Numbered from the stretch's first letter, positions 47,251-57,188 are shown. The stretch: DNA of 64,000 nt from Phycisphaeraceae bacterium (GCA_040905565.1 JBBDRF010000062.1:36244-100243), one strand, 5' to 3'. Numbers and translations: made by a program. The notes: generated by a model not told the origin, from the letters alone.

Positions 47251-47727
47251 TTGAGTAGCGAAAAGCCGATCATCGGATGGCGCGAATGGCTGACGCTGCC
47301 GGACCTGAACGTTCCCGCCATCAAGGCCAAGGTCGACACCGGCGCTCGCAGCAGTGCCATGCACGCGTACGACATGCAGACGTTCATGCGTCGCGGCGTC
47401 GAAATGGTGCGCTTCGTCATCCATCCCTACCAGCGTGATACCGAACGCACCGTCCCCGCCGAGGCCAAGCTCGTCGACCGCCGCTGGGTCCGCAGCTCCG
47501 GCGGGCAACGCACCTGGCGGCCGGTCATCCACACCCGCATCCAACTCGGCGACGATCTCCACGACATCGAACTCACCCTCGTCAACCGCGACGAGATGGG
47601 CTTTCGCATGCTGCTCGGTCGGCAGGCGGTGCGTCATCGGTTCATGGTCGATCCCGCCCGGTCGTACGTTTTGAGCAAACACATGGTCAAGTCACGTAAG
47701 ATAAAGCGCCGTCGGCGTGAGCCGTAG
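47251..47727 (+). CDS. RimK-associated retropepsin-like protease (RimB-like, 'ATP-dependent Zn protease' family)
   Basis: IGWREW, AKVDTGARSS, VRSSGG and RDEMGFRMLLGR. Confidence 0.9.
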   Translation: MSSEKPIIGWREWLTLPDLNVPAIKAKVDTGARSSAMHAYDMQTFMRRGVEMVRFVIHPYQRDTERTVPAEAKLVDRRWVRSSGGQRTWRPVIHTRIQLGDDLHDIELTLVNRDEMGFRMLLGRQAVRHRFMVDPARSYVLSKHMVKSRKIKRRRREP

Positions 47728-47799
47728 CGAAGGTTGGCTCGTCGGTGCGTGTGCGCCGTTGCCGTTGAGGAAGTCCCCCGTGTGCGTAAAGAGAGTGCT

Positions 47800-48705
47800 A
47801 TGAAGGTCGCCGTTCTGTCGCGGAAGTCGTCGCTGTATTCCACCAATCGCCTCAAGGAAGCTGCCGAGCAACGGGGCCATCAGGTGCGCGTGGTCGATTA
47901 CCTACGCTGCTACATGGATATCACCAGCCGCAGGCCCACCGTGATGTTTCAGGGCCATCCGCTGGAAAACTTCGACGCGGTCATCCCCCGCATCGGTGCG
48001 ACGCACACCTTCTACGGCACAGCCGTGGTGCGCCAGTTCGAGATGATGGGCGTCGTCCCGCTCAACGAATCGCAGGCCATCACCCGTGCCCGCGACAAAC
48101 TGCGCAGCCTGCAACTGCTCGCCCGCGCCGGCGTCGGGCTGCCCGTCTCCGCCTTCGCCCATTCCACGAAGGACGTCGACGGCCTGATCAACGCCGTCGG
48201 CGGCACCCCCCTCGTCGTTAAAATCCTCCAAGGCACGCAGGGCATCGGCGTGGTGCTGGCTGAGACACGCAAAGCGGCCGAGTCGCTCATCGAAGCGTTC
48301 CGCGGCCTCGATGCGTACATCCTCGTGCAGGAGTTCATCAAAGAAGCCGGCGGTGCCGACATCCGCCTGCTCGTCGTCGGCAACCGCGTGGTCGCTTCGA
48401 TGATGCGTCAGGCCCCTCCCGGCGAGTTCCGCTCCAACCTCCACCGAGGCGGGTCGGCGACCAAGGCGAAGGTGACCAGTGAGGAGCGGGCCGTGGCCGT
48501 GCGGGCCGCCAAGACGATGGGCCTCGTCGTCGCCGGTGTCGATCTCGTCCGTTCCAACCACGGGCCTCTCGTGCTCGAGGTCAACTCCTCCCCGGGCCTG
48601 GAGGGCGTTGAGCAGGCGACCAAGATCGACGTCGCCGACAAGATCATCGCCTACATGGAAAAGCACGCCGCCAAGGGTAAAACGGCTGACCGCATCAAGG
48701 CGTGA
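47800..48705 (+). CDS. rimK: RimK alpha-L-glutamate ligase
   Basis: [33 protein letters not shown] and [10 protein letters not shown]. Confidence 0.96.
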   Translation: MKVAVLSRKSSLYSTNRLKEAAEQRGHQVRVVDYLRCYMDITSRRPTVMFQGHPLENFDAVIPRIGATHTFYGTAVVRQFEMMGVVPLNESQAITRARDKLRSLQLLARAGVGLPVSAFAHSTKDVDGLINAVGGTPLVVKILQGTQGIGVVLAETRKAAESLIEAFRGLDAYILVQEFIKEAGGADIRLLVVGNRVVASMMRQAPPGEFRSNLHRGGSATKAKVTSEERAVAVRAAKTMGLVVAGVDLVRSNHGPLVLEVNSSPGLEGVEQATKIDVADKIIAYMEKHAAKGKTADRIKA

Positions 48706-48739
48706 GATCACCCCCACCCGCCCCGAGCGACGACGCAGC

Positions 48740-48765
48740 ATAGCCGCGAGGCTACGCCTCGCAGG
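48740..48765 (+). repeat. REP-like hairpin, copy D (ATAG-CC-GCGAGGC-TAC-GCCTCGC-AGG)
   Basis: Perfect 7-bp stem with TAC loop, intergenic. Confidence 0.75.
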
Positions 48766-48783
48766 TTCCCCAAGAGACGCACC

Positions 48784-49770
48784 ATGCCCCCCTCACCCTC
48801 CCCCTCAAGCCGAAGCAGGACCACCGCCAGCGATGTCCATATCGGCGGCATCGTGATCCGGCCAGGCCAGCGCCGCCGCCTCGAACTGCCCGTCGCACGC
48901 CTGCCGACACAAACGCAGATGGCGCTGCCCGTCGAAGTCGTCAACGGCACCCGCCCCGGGCCCCGCCTCTGGCTCTCCGCGGCCCTCCACGGTGACGAGC
49001 TCAACGGCGTCGAAATCATTCACCGCGTCATGCAAAAGCTCGAGCACGCCAGCCTCGTCGGCGAAGTCATCGCCGCCCCCATCGTCAACGTCTTCGGCTT
49101 CATTCAGCAGGATCGCTACCTGCCCGACCGCCGTGACCTCAACCGCTGCTTCCCGGGCATCAAGAACGGCTCGCTTGCCTCACGTCTGGCGAATCTGTTC
49201 ATGACCGAAATCGTCGGCCGCTGCACGCACGGCATCGACCTCCACACCGCCAGCAATCACCGCAGCAACCTCCCCCAGGTGCGGGCGAATCTCAACGATC
49301 CCGAAACCCGCCGCGTCGCCGCCGCCTTCGCCGCCCCCGTGATGATGCAGGGCGACGCACCGCGCGGTTCGCTGCGTGATGCTGTAGCCAGACGCAAGAT
49401 CCCCATTATCTGCTACGAAGCAGGCGAACCGATGCGCCTCAACGCCGACGCCATCAAGCTCGGCGTCGCCGGCGTCATGCGCGTCATGGTCGAACTCGGC
49501 ATGCTGCGGTCACGCTCGACCAAGCCTCGTCCCACCTCCACCGAAATCGGCGATCGCACCTGGGTCCGAGCTGTACGCTCGGGCATTCTCCGCCTGCGTG
49601 TCAAAGCCGGTCAGCACGTCCACCGCGACCAATCCCTCGGCGCCATCCACGACGCCTTCGGCGACGAACAGGTCGACCTGCTCAGCCCCGACGACGGCCT
49701 GATCATCGGCCACACCAACAACCCCCTCGTCAACCAGGGCGACGCCATCATCCACCTCGCGAGAACATAA
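48784..49770 (+). CDS. Succinylglutamate desuccinylase/aspartoacylase family protein
   Basis: HGDELNG, DLNRCFPG, IDLHT and YEAG. Confidence 0.92.
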   Translation: MPPSPSPSSRSRTTASDVHIGGIVIRPGQRRRLELPVARLPTQTQMALPVEVVNGTRPGPRLWLSAALHGDELNGVEIIHRVMQKLEHASLVGEVIAAPIVNVFGFIQQDRYLPDRRDLNRCFPGIKNGSLASRLANLFMTEIVGRCTHGIDLHTASNHRSNLPQVRANLNDPETRRVAAAFAAPVMMQGDAPRGSLRDAVARRKIPIICYEAGEPMRLNADAIKLGVAGVMRVMVELGMLRSRSTKPRPTSTEIGDRTWVRAVRSGILRLRVKAGQHVHRDQSLGAIHDAFGDEQVDLLSPDDGLIIGHTNNPLVNQGDAIIHLART

Positions 49771-49771
49771 A

Positions 49772-49833
49772 GTAGCCGCATAGCCGCGACGCTACGCGTC
49801 GCCGGACCGGCGGGCTGTAAGCCCGCGGCTACT
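49772..49833. repeat. REP-like doublet, copies E (+, stem GCGACGC/GCGTCGC) and F (-, stem GCGGGCT/AGCCCGC)
   Basis: Two convergent copies directly after a stop codon, preceded by a partial GTAGCCGC. Confidence 0.8.
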
Positions 49834-49875
49834 GCGCGACGCGATGTCGCAGCGGGCGCCGAGGTCGCGCCCCAC

Positions 49876-49912
49876 AAAAAACCCCGTCTTCTGCTTGTGA
49901 GCGAAAGACGGG
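49876..49912 (-). terminator. Putative terminator for the mraZ transcript
   Basis: CCCCGTCTT/AAGACGGGG stem with an adjacent A6 run (U-tract on the minus strand). Confidence 0.55.
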
Positions 49913-50274
49913 GCGGAGGAGGAGAATGAGCGAACTAAGCTCAGCGCACCGATAGCCGCGGCGACTGGCTCGCCACGGTTACGGTGCAATCTGCGGTGGC
50001 CGACTGCTGATCAAGCTTCTGCAGTCGGCGTTCGAGAGGTTCAGAGAACCCCACTTTAGCGAAGGCGTCGCCGAAACGTCGTACCTTTTCCAGACGGTTG
50101 CGCAGCTCTAGGAGCTTCCGATCGCTGATCCGGTCTGGGTGCCAATCGCTCAGCCGCTCATCCTTGAGCGAATCCGAGGTCTGGCGAGGTTGACGGCGTT
50201 CGTGCGGCGACCTGTGCATCCGTGCCACCTTCGCTGTCCATTACTGGTCCCGAAATTTCCAGATGGTTTTGAGC

Positions 50275-50733
50275 CTAATCCTTGGCCCGCATGGCCCGCC
50301 TTGGGTTCATCAGCAGGTCTGGTCGGTCGGCCATCAGCTTCTCAACCTTCGCCTGCCACGCGGCCCGGTCGTGCACCTGGAGGTGATCCTTCACCCCGAT
50401 CAGCACAACGTCCCGGCCGAGGTCCGCCACTCGAATAAGCCGTTCCGGCAATCGAATGCGGCCCTGCTTGTCGATCTCCACCCGAGCGGCGTTCGAATAG
50501 AACATCTGCTCGTAGAGGAGAATTTCTTCGGGGCTGCGTTCGGAGTGATCAAGCTGCTCCGCACGCTTCTCAAAGCCTCGCTCGGTGTACAGCGCCAGTG
50601 TCGGTCCTTCGACAACCACCGCGTAGAGCACCTCGCCATCGACCTCCGGATCAAGCCGATCCCGAACTTCAGACGGGATCGCCAGACGCTGTTTCGCGTC
50701 AATCGTGTGGTCGTAGGTGCCGACAAAAAGCAA
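50275..50733 (-). CDS. mraZ: Transcriptional regulator MraZ
   Basis: FVGTYDHTIDAKQRLAIP and EIDKQGRIRLP (two DxxxR SpoVT-AbrB repeats). TTG start after an AGGGGA RBS. Confidence 0.93.
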   Translation of the reverse strand: MLFVGTYDHTIDAKQRLAIPSEVRDRLDPEVDGEVLYAVVVEGPTLALYTERGFEKRAEQLDHSERSPEEILLYEQMFYSNAARVEIDKQGRIRLPERLIRVADLGRDVVLIGVKDHLQVHDRAAWQAKVEKLMADRPDLLMNPRRAMRAKD

Positions 50734-50782
50734 AACATTGATTCCCCTGTCGAGCGTTTTACTGCCCGATGCTGTACATGGG

Positions 50783-50811
50783 AAGTTACCCCACTTTGCC
50801 CCACCCGTCAA
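50783..50811 (-). promoter_or_regulatory. Sigma70-type mraZ promoter with MraZ-box direct repeats
   Basis: Minus strand TTGACG-N17-TAACTT. The spacer holds two GTGGGG repeats at 10-bp periodicity. Confidence 0.75.
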
Positions 50812-50870
50812 CACTCTACCCCAAAAAGATGTCTAAAAAATTCAAGTCCGCCACGCGTTACAATGTTCGC

Positions 50871-51719
50871 ATGGATGATCAACCTGTGAAGCCTGTGACA
50901 ATGCGGACCCTTCAGCGGACGATGGCGGAGGGGGGAAAGTTCGCCGTGCTGACCTGTTACGACGCCGTCACGGCCAGATGGCTGCAGCGCGCCGGCGTGC
51001 CGATGCTGCTGGTCGGCGATACCGCGGCGGAGATGGTGCTCGGCGAACCGTCGACGATTCACGCCCCGCTGGAGTTCATGCTGCTGCTCACGGCCGCGGT
51101 GAAGCGCGGGGCCCCGCAGACGCTGATCATGGGCGACATGCCGTTCATGAGCTATCAAGCCGACGACGCCGAGGCCGTCCGCAATGCCGGGCGATTCCTG
51201 ACCGAGGGCCGGGCCGATCTGGTGAAGCTTGAAGTCGACGCGTCCCACGGCGACCTCGTCGCGAAGCTCGCCAACGCCGGCATCCCGGTGGTCGCTCACA
51301 TCGGGTCGCGTCCGCAGCAGGTGCGGAAGGTGGGGGGGTACCGCTCAGCGGGCAAGACGGCAGCCGAAGCGCTGGCGATCGTCGAGCAGGCGGAGTTGAT
51401 GGAGGCTCGCGGTGCGGTGATGCTGCTGGTCGAAGCGACGGCTGCGGAGGTCACCGACCGCATCGTGCAGCGGGTGAAGATCCCGGTTATCGGCTGCGGA
51501 GCGGGGCCCGCCTGCCACGGCCACGTTGTTGTCCTGCACGACCTGCTGGGCCTCAGCGATTGGCAGCCGCCGTTCGCCAAGCCTCAAGCGCAGGTGGGGC
51601 AAAGCATTCAGCAGGCGGCGGGGGAGTGGGTGAAGCTCGTCGCCGGGGGCAGCTATCTTCAGGAAGGCCATCCTTACAAGATGGATGACCGCGAGCGTGA
51701 GAAATTCCTTCAGGGTTGA
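50871..51719 (+). CDS. panB: 3-methyl-2-oxobutanoate hydroxymethyltransferase
   Basis: LTCYD, LLVGD, GDMPFMSY, VKLE and IGCGAG. Confidence 0.96.
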   Translation: MDDQPVKPVTMRTLQRTMAEGGKFAVLTCYDAVTARWLQRAGVPMLLVGDTAAEMVLGEPSTIHAPLEFMLLLTAAVKRGAPQTLIMGDMPFMSYQADDAEAVRNAGRFLTEGRADLVKLEVDASHGDLVAKLANAGIPVVAHIGSRPQQVRKVGGYRSAGKTAAEALAIVEQAELMEARGAVMLLVEATAAEVTDRIVQRVKIPVIGCGAGPACHGHVVVLHDLLGLSDWQPPFAKPQAQVGQSIQQAAGEWVKLVAGGSYLQEGHPYKMDDREREKFLQG

Positions 51720-51836
51720 ACCCTCAGCAGCCGCTTGCGTATCTAAGATGCATGGTGCAGGGGACGTTTGGTTGCCCTTCCGCGCACGGTAGAGCCACGC
51801 GGGAGAGAATTTACTTGTAAGGAAGGATTTTCTGAT

Positions 51837-53474
51837 ATGACGCGTATTCGCTCTTACGGACCATCGTTTGTGTTGGCGTTGATGATCGCAGCCGTGCTGC
51901 TGGGGGGGCCTCATGTTGTTCGTCAACTCGCTCACGCTCAGCAGGTGGTTGAGGTTCAGCAGGTTCGCGCCAACTTGCAGAACAGTCCGCTTGGCGACCT
52001 GAGCCGGGCGTTCCGCGATGTTGCACGCGTCGTCGAGCCCAGCGTGGTGCATATCTCGGTGAGTCGCCAGACGCCGAATCAGCCCCAGGGTGGGCAGCGG
52101 CCCGAGGGGTTCGAGGGCCTGCCTGAGACGCCCGAAGATCTGCGCCGCTGGTTTTTCGAGCGTCGCCCCGATCGCCCCGATCGCCCCGATCGCCCCGATC
52201 GCCCCCAGCCTCGCCAGGAAGAGCAGCAGCAACAGCCGCCCGCGCCTGACTATTACCGGGCCCCCATCCCCTTCGGCAACGGCAGCGGCTGGATCCACCC
52301 CGACGGTCAGCACATCATCACCAACAATCATGTGATCCGCGAAGCCGACCAGATCGAAGTGAAATTTCACGATCGCACCACCGCCCGCGCCGAAGTCGTC
52401 GGCCGTGATGAGCAGACCGATATCGCCGTGCTCAAGCTCGTGCAGGAGAGAGACCTTCACCCCTCAGAAATCGCCATCGAACCCGTCGACCGAGGCGACA
52501 TCGTCTTCGCGTTCGGCTCACCGTTCGGCTTCGAGTTCTCCATGAGCCAGGGTATCGTCTCCGGCAAGGGCCGACAGATCGGCATCCTCGGGTCGATGGG
52601 TTATGAGAACTTTATCCAGACCGACGCCGCCATCAATCAGGGCAACTCCGGCGGTCCGTTGACCAACTACCACGGCCAGGTCGTCGGCATGAACACCGCC
52701 ATCGCCACCGAAACCGGCGGCAACATGGGCATCGGCTTCGCCATCCCCGCCGACATGATCGTCGGCATCGTCGACCAGATCATCGGCAGCGGCTCGGTCA
52801 CCCGCGGTTACCTCGGCGTCTGGATTCAGGATCTCGATCCCGAACTCGCCCGCACTTTCAACTATGACGGGCAGGGCGTGGTCGTCGAAGACCTCGTCGG
52901 TGACGACAGCCCAGCCGGCGAAGGCGGCATCGAGGGCGGCGACATCATCACGCAGATTGAAGGTCAGCCCGTCCGCAATGCCTCGGAGCTCCGCCGCCGT
53001 GTCGCCATGATCCCGCCGAACGAAACCATCGACATCACCGTCTTCCGCAACGGCGAAACGATGACCTTCCCCGTCGAACTCGGCGAGCAGCCCAGCAACG
53101 CCACCGCCGGTCGCCAGCAGCCGCAGCCCGACGCGCCTGAGGAAGCCGACCCGGGTGAACCGGACAACATGGAGTCGCTGCGTGAACTGGGCATCGAAGA
53201 AGTCACCGCCATGACCGAAGGCCATGCCGAGCAGCTCGGCGTCGACTTTCAGCCAGGCGTGCTCATCGAGCGTGTCCGAGCGGGCAGCGTCGCCTTCGCC
53301 GCGGGGCTTCGGCCGGGCGTCGAGATCCTCCAGGTGATGAACAATCCCGTCACCACGCCACGCGAACTCGCCGAGGCGCTCGAAGAGGTCGACCTCAGCC
53401 AGGGCGTCCGCCTGCGGGTGCTTATCAACGGCGTCCGCCGCTTCGTCGTCCTCACCGTCCCCAACGAGAACTGA
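51837..53474 (+). CDS. HtrA/DegP-family serine protease with two PDZ domains
   Basis: ITNNHV, TDIAVL, IQTDAAINQGNSGGPL and RGYLGV. Confidence 0.95.
   Translation: MTRIRSYGPSFVLALMIAAVLLGGPHVVRQLAHAQQVVEVQQVRANLQNSPLGDLSRAFRDVARVVEPSVVHISVSRQTPNQPQGGQRPEGFEGLPETPEDLRRWFFERRPDRPDRPDRPDRPQPRQEEQQQQPPAPDYYRAPIPFGNGSGWIHPDGQHIITNNHVIREADQIEVKFHDRTTARAEVVGRDEQTDIAVLKLVQERDLHPSEIAIEPVDRGDIVFAFGSPFGFEFSMSQGIVSGKGRQIGILGSMGYENFIQTDAAINQGNSGGPLTNYHGQVVGMNTAIATETGGNMGIGFAIPADMIVGIVDQIIGSGSVTRGYLGVWIQDLDPELARTFNYDGQGVVVEDLVGDDSPAGEGGIEGGDIITQIEGQPVRNASELRRRVAMIPPNETIDITVFRNGETMTFPVELGEQPSNATAGRQQPQPDAPEEADPGEPDNMESLRELGIEEVTAMTEGHAEQLGVDFQPGVLIERVRAGSVAFAAGLRPGVEILQVMNNPVTTPRELAEALEEVDLSQGVRLRVLINGVRRFVVLTVPNEN
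52164..52204 (+). repeat. In-frame 9-bp tandem repeat (CGCCCCGAT)x4 plus a partial copy
   Basis: Four perfect copies encoding (RPD)4 in the protease linker. Confidence 0.9.
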
Positions 53475-53547
53475 ACCGGCTTCAAAATCTCACGACACCC
53501 GCGAACGGGACGGACCGACACAGGTTCGTCCCGTTCTTTCATCTGCA

Positions 53548-53572
53548 GAAGCCCACGGCGTCACGCCGTGGG
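53548..53572. repeat. Intergenic palindrome CCCACGGCG-TCA-CGCCGTGGG
   Basis: Perfect 9-bp stem preceded by GAAG, with no U-tract. Resembles REP or IS200/IS605-type end hairpins. Confidence 0.5.
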
Positions 53573-53698
53573 AACCGGCCCGGTGACCGGCCTCGCGCCG
53601 TGAACTTCGGCGTCAATTCAGCCCCCGCTCGGCTCGCGAAAAGCCTTCGAGTCGGCTAAAATAAAGGCTACTTTATTAGCCCAGCAAAGTGATCCCAA

Positions 53699-56428
53699 AT
53701 GCCCGACGAACCGTCTGATAACACGCCTGGTCGCGACGCCGACGAACCTCGGCAGATCGCCCCGCCCGCAGGCAATATTGTTGACCTCGCCATCGATCGC
53801 GAACTGCAGGATTCCTACCTCACCTACGCGATGTCCACCATCATGGACCGCGCCCTGCCCGACGTGCGCGACGGCCTGAAACCCAGTCAACGACGCATCC
53901 TCGTCGCCATGAACGACCTCAACCTCGGGCCCCGCTCACGCCATCGTAAATGCGCCAAAATCTGCGGCGATACCAGCGGTAACTACCACCCCCACGGTGA
54001 ATCGGTCGTCTACCCCACCCTCGTGGTCATGGCTCAGCACTGGAAAATGCGCGCCCCCCTTGTCAATCCTCAGGGCAACTTCGGGTCAATCGACGGCGAC
54101 CCCCCAGCCGCCATGCGATACACCGAAGCCCGCATGGCCGGCCCCACGCAGGACATGCTCGAGGACCTCAAGCTCGACACCGTCGACTATCAGGAGAACT
54201 ACGACGGCGAACGCATGGAGCCCACCGTCCTCCCCGGCAAGTTCCCCAACCTGCTCGTCAACGGCGGCGTCGGCATCGCCGTCGGCATGGCCACCAGCCT
54301 CCCGCCCCACAACGTGGGCGAAATCTGCGACGCCATCCTCGCCGTGATCGAAAAGCCGGACATGGAACTCGCCGAGCTCATGGACATCGTCCCCGGGCCC
54401 GACTTCCCAACAGGCGGCACCATCTGCGGCCGAGCGGGCATCGCCCGAGGCTACGCCACCGGACGCGGCCGCGTCGTCATCCGCGCCAAGACCCACTTCG
54501 AAGAGCAGAAAAACGGCAAGACGCTCATCGTCACCACCGAAATCCCCTACCAGGTGCTCAAGAGCACGATCATTGAGCAGGTCGTCGACAGCGTCAAAAA
54601 CGAGCGCATCACCGACATCGCCGACGTCCGCGACCTCTCCGGCCGGCAGGGCATGCGCCTCGTGGTCGAAACGAAGAAGGGTGCCGACCCCAACGTCGTC
54701 CTCAATCAGCTTTACCGCTTCACGTCGCTGCAGAACACGTACAGCATCATGAACATTGCGCTGGTCAACCGCCAGCCGCGGACGCTCGGTCTCCGCGAGA
54801 TGATTCAGCTTTACATCGACCACCGCCGCGAGGTCATCACCCGTCGCACCCGCTTCCTGCTCCGCAAAGCTCAGCAGGACGCCCACATCAAAGAGGGCCT
54901 GATTTACGCCGTCTGCGATATCGACGAGGTCATCCGCCTCATCCGCACCAGTTCCACGCGTGATCAGGCCATCGAACGCCTCATGCAGCGGGGCTTCCGC
55001 ATTCCCGCCGACCATCCCGCCGCCCCGACCATCCCCCAGCGTCTCTATCAGCAGATCGAGGACGCCGGCGGCGACGTGAACCTCTCCCGCGCCCAGGCCG
55101 AGGCCATCGGCCGCATGCAGCTGATTCAGCTCGTCGGGCTGGAGATGGAGAAGCTGGTCGCCGACTACTCCGCACTGATCGACGAGATCGAAGACTACGA
55201 AGACATCCTCGCCAACGATGCCCGCGTGCTTCAGATCGTGCGTGAGGATATCGAGGACATCCGCCGTAAGTACGCCAACGACCGCCGCACCATCATCGAA
55301 GATGACGAACTGGGCGACGTGGCCATGGGGGACCTCATCCCCGTGGAAGACGTCGTCGTCACCATCAGTCATGCCGGCTACGTCAAACGCCTGCCCATCG
55401 ATACCTACCGAGCCCAGGTCCGAGGCGGCACCGGTGTCACCGGCGGCGAAACGAAAGACGGCGACTTCCCCGAGCACGTCTTCGTCGCCTCCACCCACGA
55501 CGATCTGCTGTGCTTCACGAACACCGGCCGCGTCTTCAAGAAGAAAGTTTATGAGATTCCTCAGGCCTCCCGCACCGCACGCGGCCGCGCCATCGTGAAC
55601 CTCCTCGAACTCCGTCCCGATGAACAGGTCCGTGCGTTCCTGCCCATCAAAGACTTCGAAAAGCATGGCGACTACCTCGTCTTCGCCACCGAGCAAGGCC
55701 TCATCAAACGCACCAGCCTCAAGCTCTACCGCAACGTGCACAAGGGCGGCCTCATCGCCGTCAGCCTCCGCGAAGGCGACCGTCTCATCGACGTCCGCCT
55801 TACCAGCGGCAACGACCACGTGCTGCTGTGCACGAAGCGTGGCCAGGCGATCCGCTTCGACGAAAACGACGCCCGCGCCATGGGCCGAAGCGCCGCCGGC
55901 GTCAAGGGCATCAACCTCGCCGACGACGACGCCGTGGTGACGCTCCTGCGTGCCGACGATACCCGCCAACTGCTCACCATCTGTGAGAACGGCTACGGCA
56001 AACGCACGCCGATGATCGAGTACCTCGTTCAGCCCGAAGAAGGTGAACCGCACCCGCAGCGGCGCGGCGGCAAGGGACGCGTCGACATCCGCACCACCAA
56101 GCGCAACGGCCCCGTCGTCACGGCCCTCTCGGTCGCCCCCGAAGATCAGCTCATGCTGATTTCCAACCGCGGCATGGTCGTCCGCACCCACGTTGATCAG
56201 GTCCGCCTGACCAGCCGAGGCACGCAAGGCGTCCGCGTCATTCGGCTGCGTGAGGGCGACACGCTCGTCACCGCAGCCCGCATCGCCGACGAGCGCATCA
56301 CCGAGTCAGGCGTCCCCGCCGATGCCGAGCCTTCCGCCAAGCCGACCACCGCCGCAAGCGACGCGCCCCCTGCGCCGCCCACGACCGAGGCCGAGCCGCC
56401 CGAGCAGTCTGAAGAGAACGATTCCTGA
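53699..56428 (+). CDS. gyrA: DNA gyrase subunit A
   Basis: [26 protein letters not shown] and a C-terminal beta-pinwheel with QRRGGKG. Confidence 0.93.
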   Translation: MPDEPSDNTPGRDADEPRQIAPPAGNIVDLAIDRELQDSYLTYAMSTIMDRALPDVRDGLKPSQRRILVAMNDLNLGPRSRHRKCAKICGDTSGNYHPHGESVVYPTLVVMAQHWKMRAPLVNPQGNFGSIDGDPPAAMRYTEARMAGPTQDMLEDLKLDTVDYQENYDGERMEPTVLPGKFPNLLVNGGVGIAVGMATSLPPHNVGEICDAILAVIEKPDMELAELMDIVPGPDFPTGGTICGRAGIARGYATGRGRVVIRAKTHFEEQKNGKTLIVTTEIPYQVLKSTIIEQVVDSVKNERITDIADVRDLSGRQGMRLVVETKKGADPNVVLNQLYRFTSLQNTYSIMNIALVNRQPRTLGLREMIQLYIDHRREVITRRTRFLLRKAQQDAHIKEGLIYAVCDIDEVIRLIRTSSTRDQAIERLMQRGFRIPADHPAAPTIPQRLYQQIEDAGGDVNLSRAQAEAIGRMQLIQLVGLEMEKLVADYSALIDEIEDYEDILANDARVLQIVREDIEDIRRKYANDRRTIIEDDELGDVAMGDLIPVEDVVVTISHAGYVKRLPIDTYRAQVRGGTGVTGGETKDGDFPEHVFVASTHDDLLCFTNTGRVFKKKVYEIPQASRTARGRAIVNLLELRPDEQVRAFLPIKDFEKHGDYLVFATEQGLIKRTSLKLYRNVHKGGLIAVSLREGDRLIDVRLTSGNDHVLLCTKRGQAIRFDENDARAMGRSAAGVKGINLADDDAVVTLLRADDTRQLLTICENGYGKRTPMIEYLVQPEEGEPHPQRRGGKGRVDIRTTKRNGPVVTALSVAPEDQLMLISNRGMVVRTHVDQVRLTSRGTQGVRVIRLREGDTLVTAARIADERITESGVPADAEPSAKPTTAASDAPPAPPTTEAEPPEQSEENDS

Positions 56429-56479
56429 GGTCCGCACGCGTCGCCGCTGACGCCGGGACCGCCTTGAGAGCCGTCCGCC

Positions 56480-56833
56480 ATGCCCATTCAGCAGTGGTCC
56501 CGTGAAATCCTGCTTCTGGACATGCGCGACGAGCCTCAGTTCTCCGAGGATCTTCAGCAGGTTGCTGAGCAGCTGGACGATCGGCCGTGCGACGTCGTCG
56601 CCAACCTCGCCGCCGTCACGCAGATCAGCTCGACGGGCCTGGGCGATCTGCTTCAGCTCCGCCAACGGCTGGTGAACGACGGTCGACAACTCCGTCTTTG
56701 CAGCGTGCCCGACGTCGTCTGGAGTGTCATGCTTGTGACGTCGCTGGACAAGGTGCTGGACTTTTCGCCGGACGTCTCCAGCGCCCTCGCGTCGCTGCAG
56801 TTGGACAAGCAAACCGATGCGGAGGAGGAGTGA
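56480..56833 (+). CDS. STAS-domain anti-sigma-factor antagonist
   Basis: VVANLAAVTQISSTGLG..L and LRLCSV..V..V..VTSLDKV. Confidence 0.85.
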   Translation: MPIQQWSREILLLDMRDEPQFSEDLQQVAEQLDDRPCDVVANLAAVTQISSTGLGDLLQLRQRLVNDGRQLRLCSVPDVVWSVMLVTSLDKVLDFSPDVSSALASLQLDKQTDAEEE

Positions 56834-56921
56834 TGACCACCCGCCGCCGCTGGACCCTCCGCCTTCTCGGCGCCGCCCTCGGCCTCGCCCTGGGCTGGCA
56901 AGCCGCGGGACTGCTGTGAAA

Positions 56922-57039
56922 ATTGTTGATTGTTGATTTCTGATTGACAAGTCACACCCAAGGGTGCCCCGGCCAGCGAGCGCACCGAGACGGCCGGGCG
57001 GCTCCCCCAATCAACAATCAAAAATCAGCAATCAACAAT
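56922..57039. repeat. Inverted arrays of AATCAAC-type heptamers
   Basis: ATTGTTGATTGTTGATTTCTGATTG (56922-56946) faces CAATCAACAATCAAAAATCAGCAATCAACAAT (57008-57039); the 25-bp arms have 2 mismatches. Confidence 0.8.
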
Positions 57040-57188
57040 CCCCCCCCTCCCCCCGTGCGCACAGGCGCGGCGACATTCCCGTCTGACCTTCCCCCATCTT
57101 CAAAATTTTTCCCACCATGCGCACAGGCCGAACCAGTCGAACGGCCTGCGTCGGCGTCATCTCTGCGCGCATGCTCCGGTCACGCTCG

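Noticed and set aside
47182..49833. IS element or composite transposon
   Set aside because: No transposase lies between the repeats and there is no evident target duplication. The repeats belong to a dispersed REP-like family.
49941..50228. 95-aa ORF downstream of mraZ
   Set aside because: No recognisable motif and atypical codon usage. It may be real but cannot be supported as a feature.
54086..56227. Long antisense ORFs (e.g. 54086-56227, 11806-13383, 16166-17764, 3889-5295, 33035-34270)
   Set aside because: These are shadow frames opposite well-supported genes, expected in high-GC DNA, and they have no recognisable motifs.
57056..57127. Short direct repeat TGCGCACAGG as a regulatory or pac site
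   Set aside because: Only 10 bp in two copies in high-GC DNA, not distinguishable from chance.
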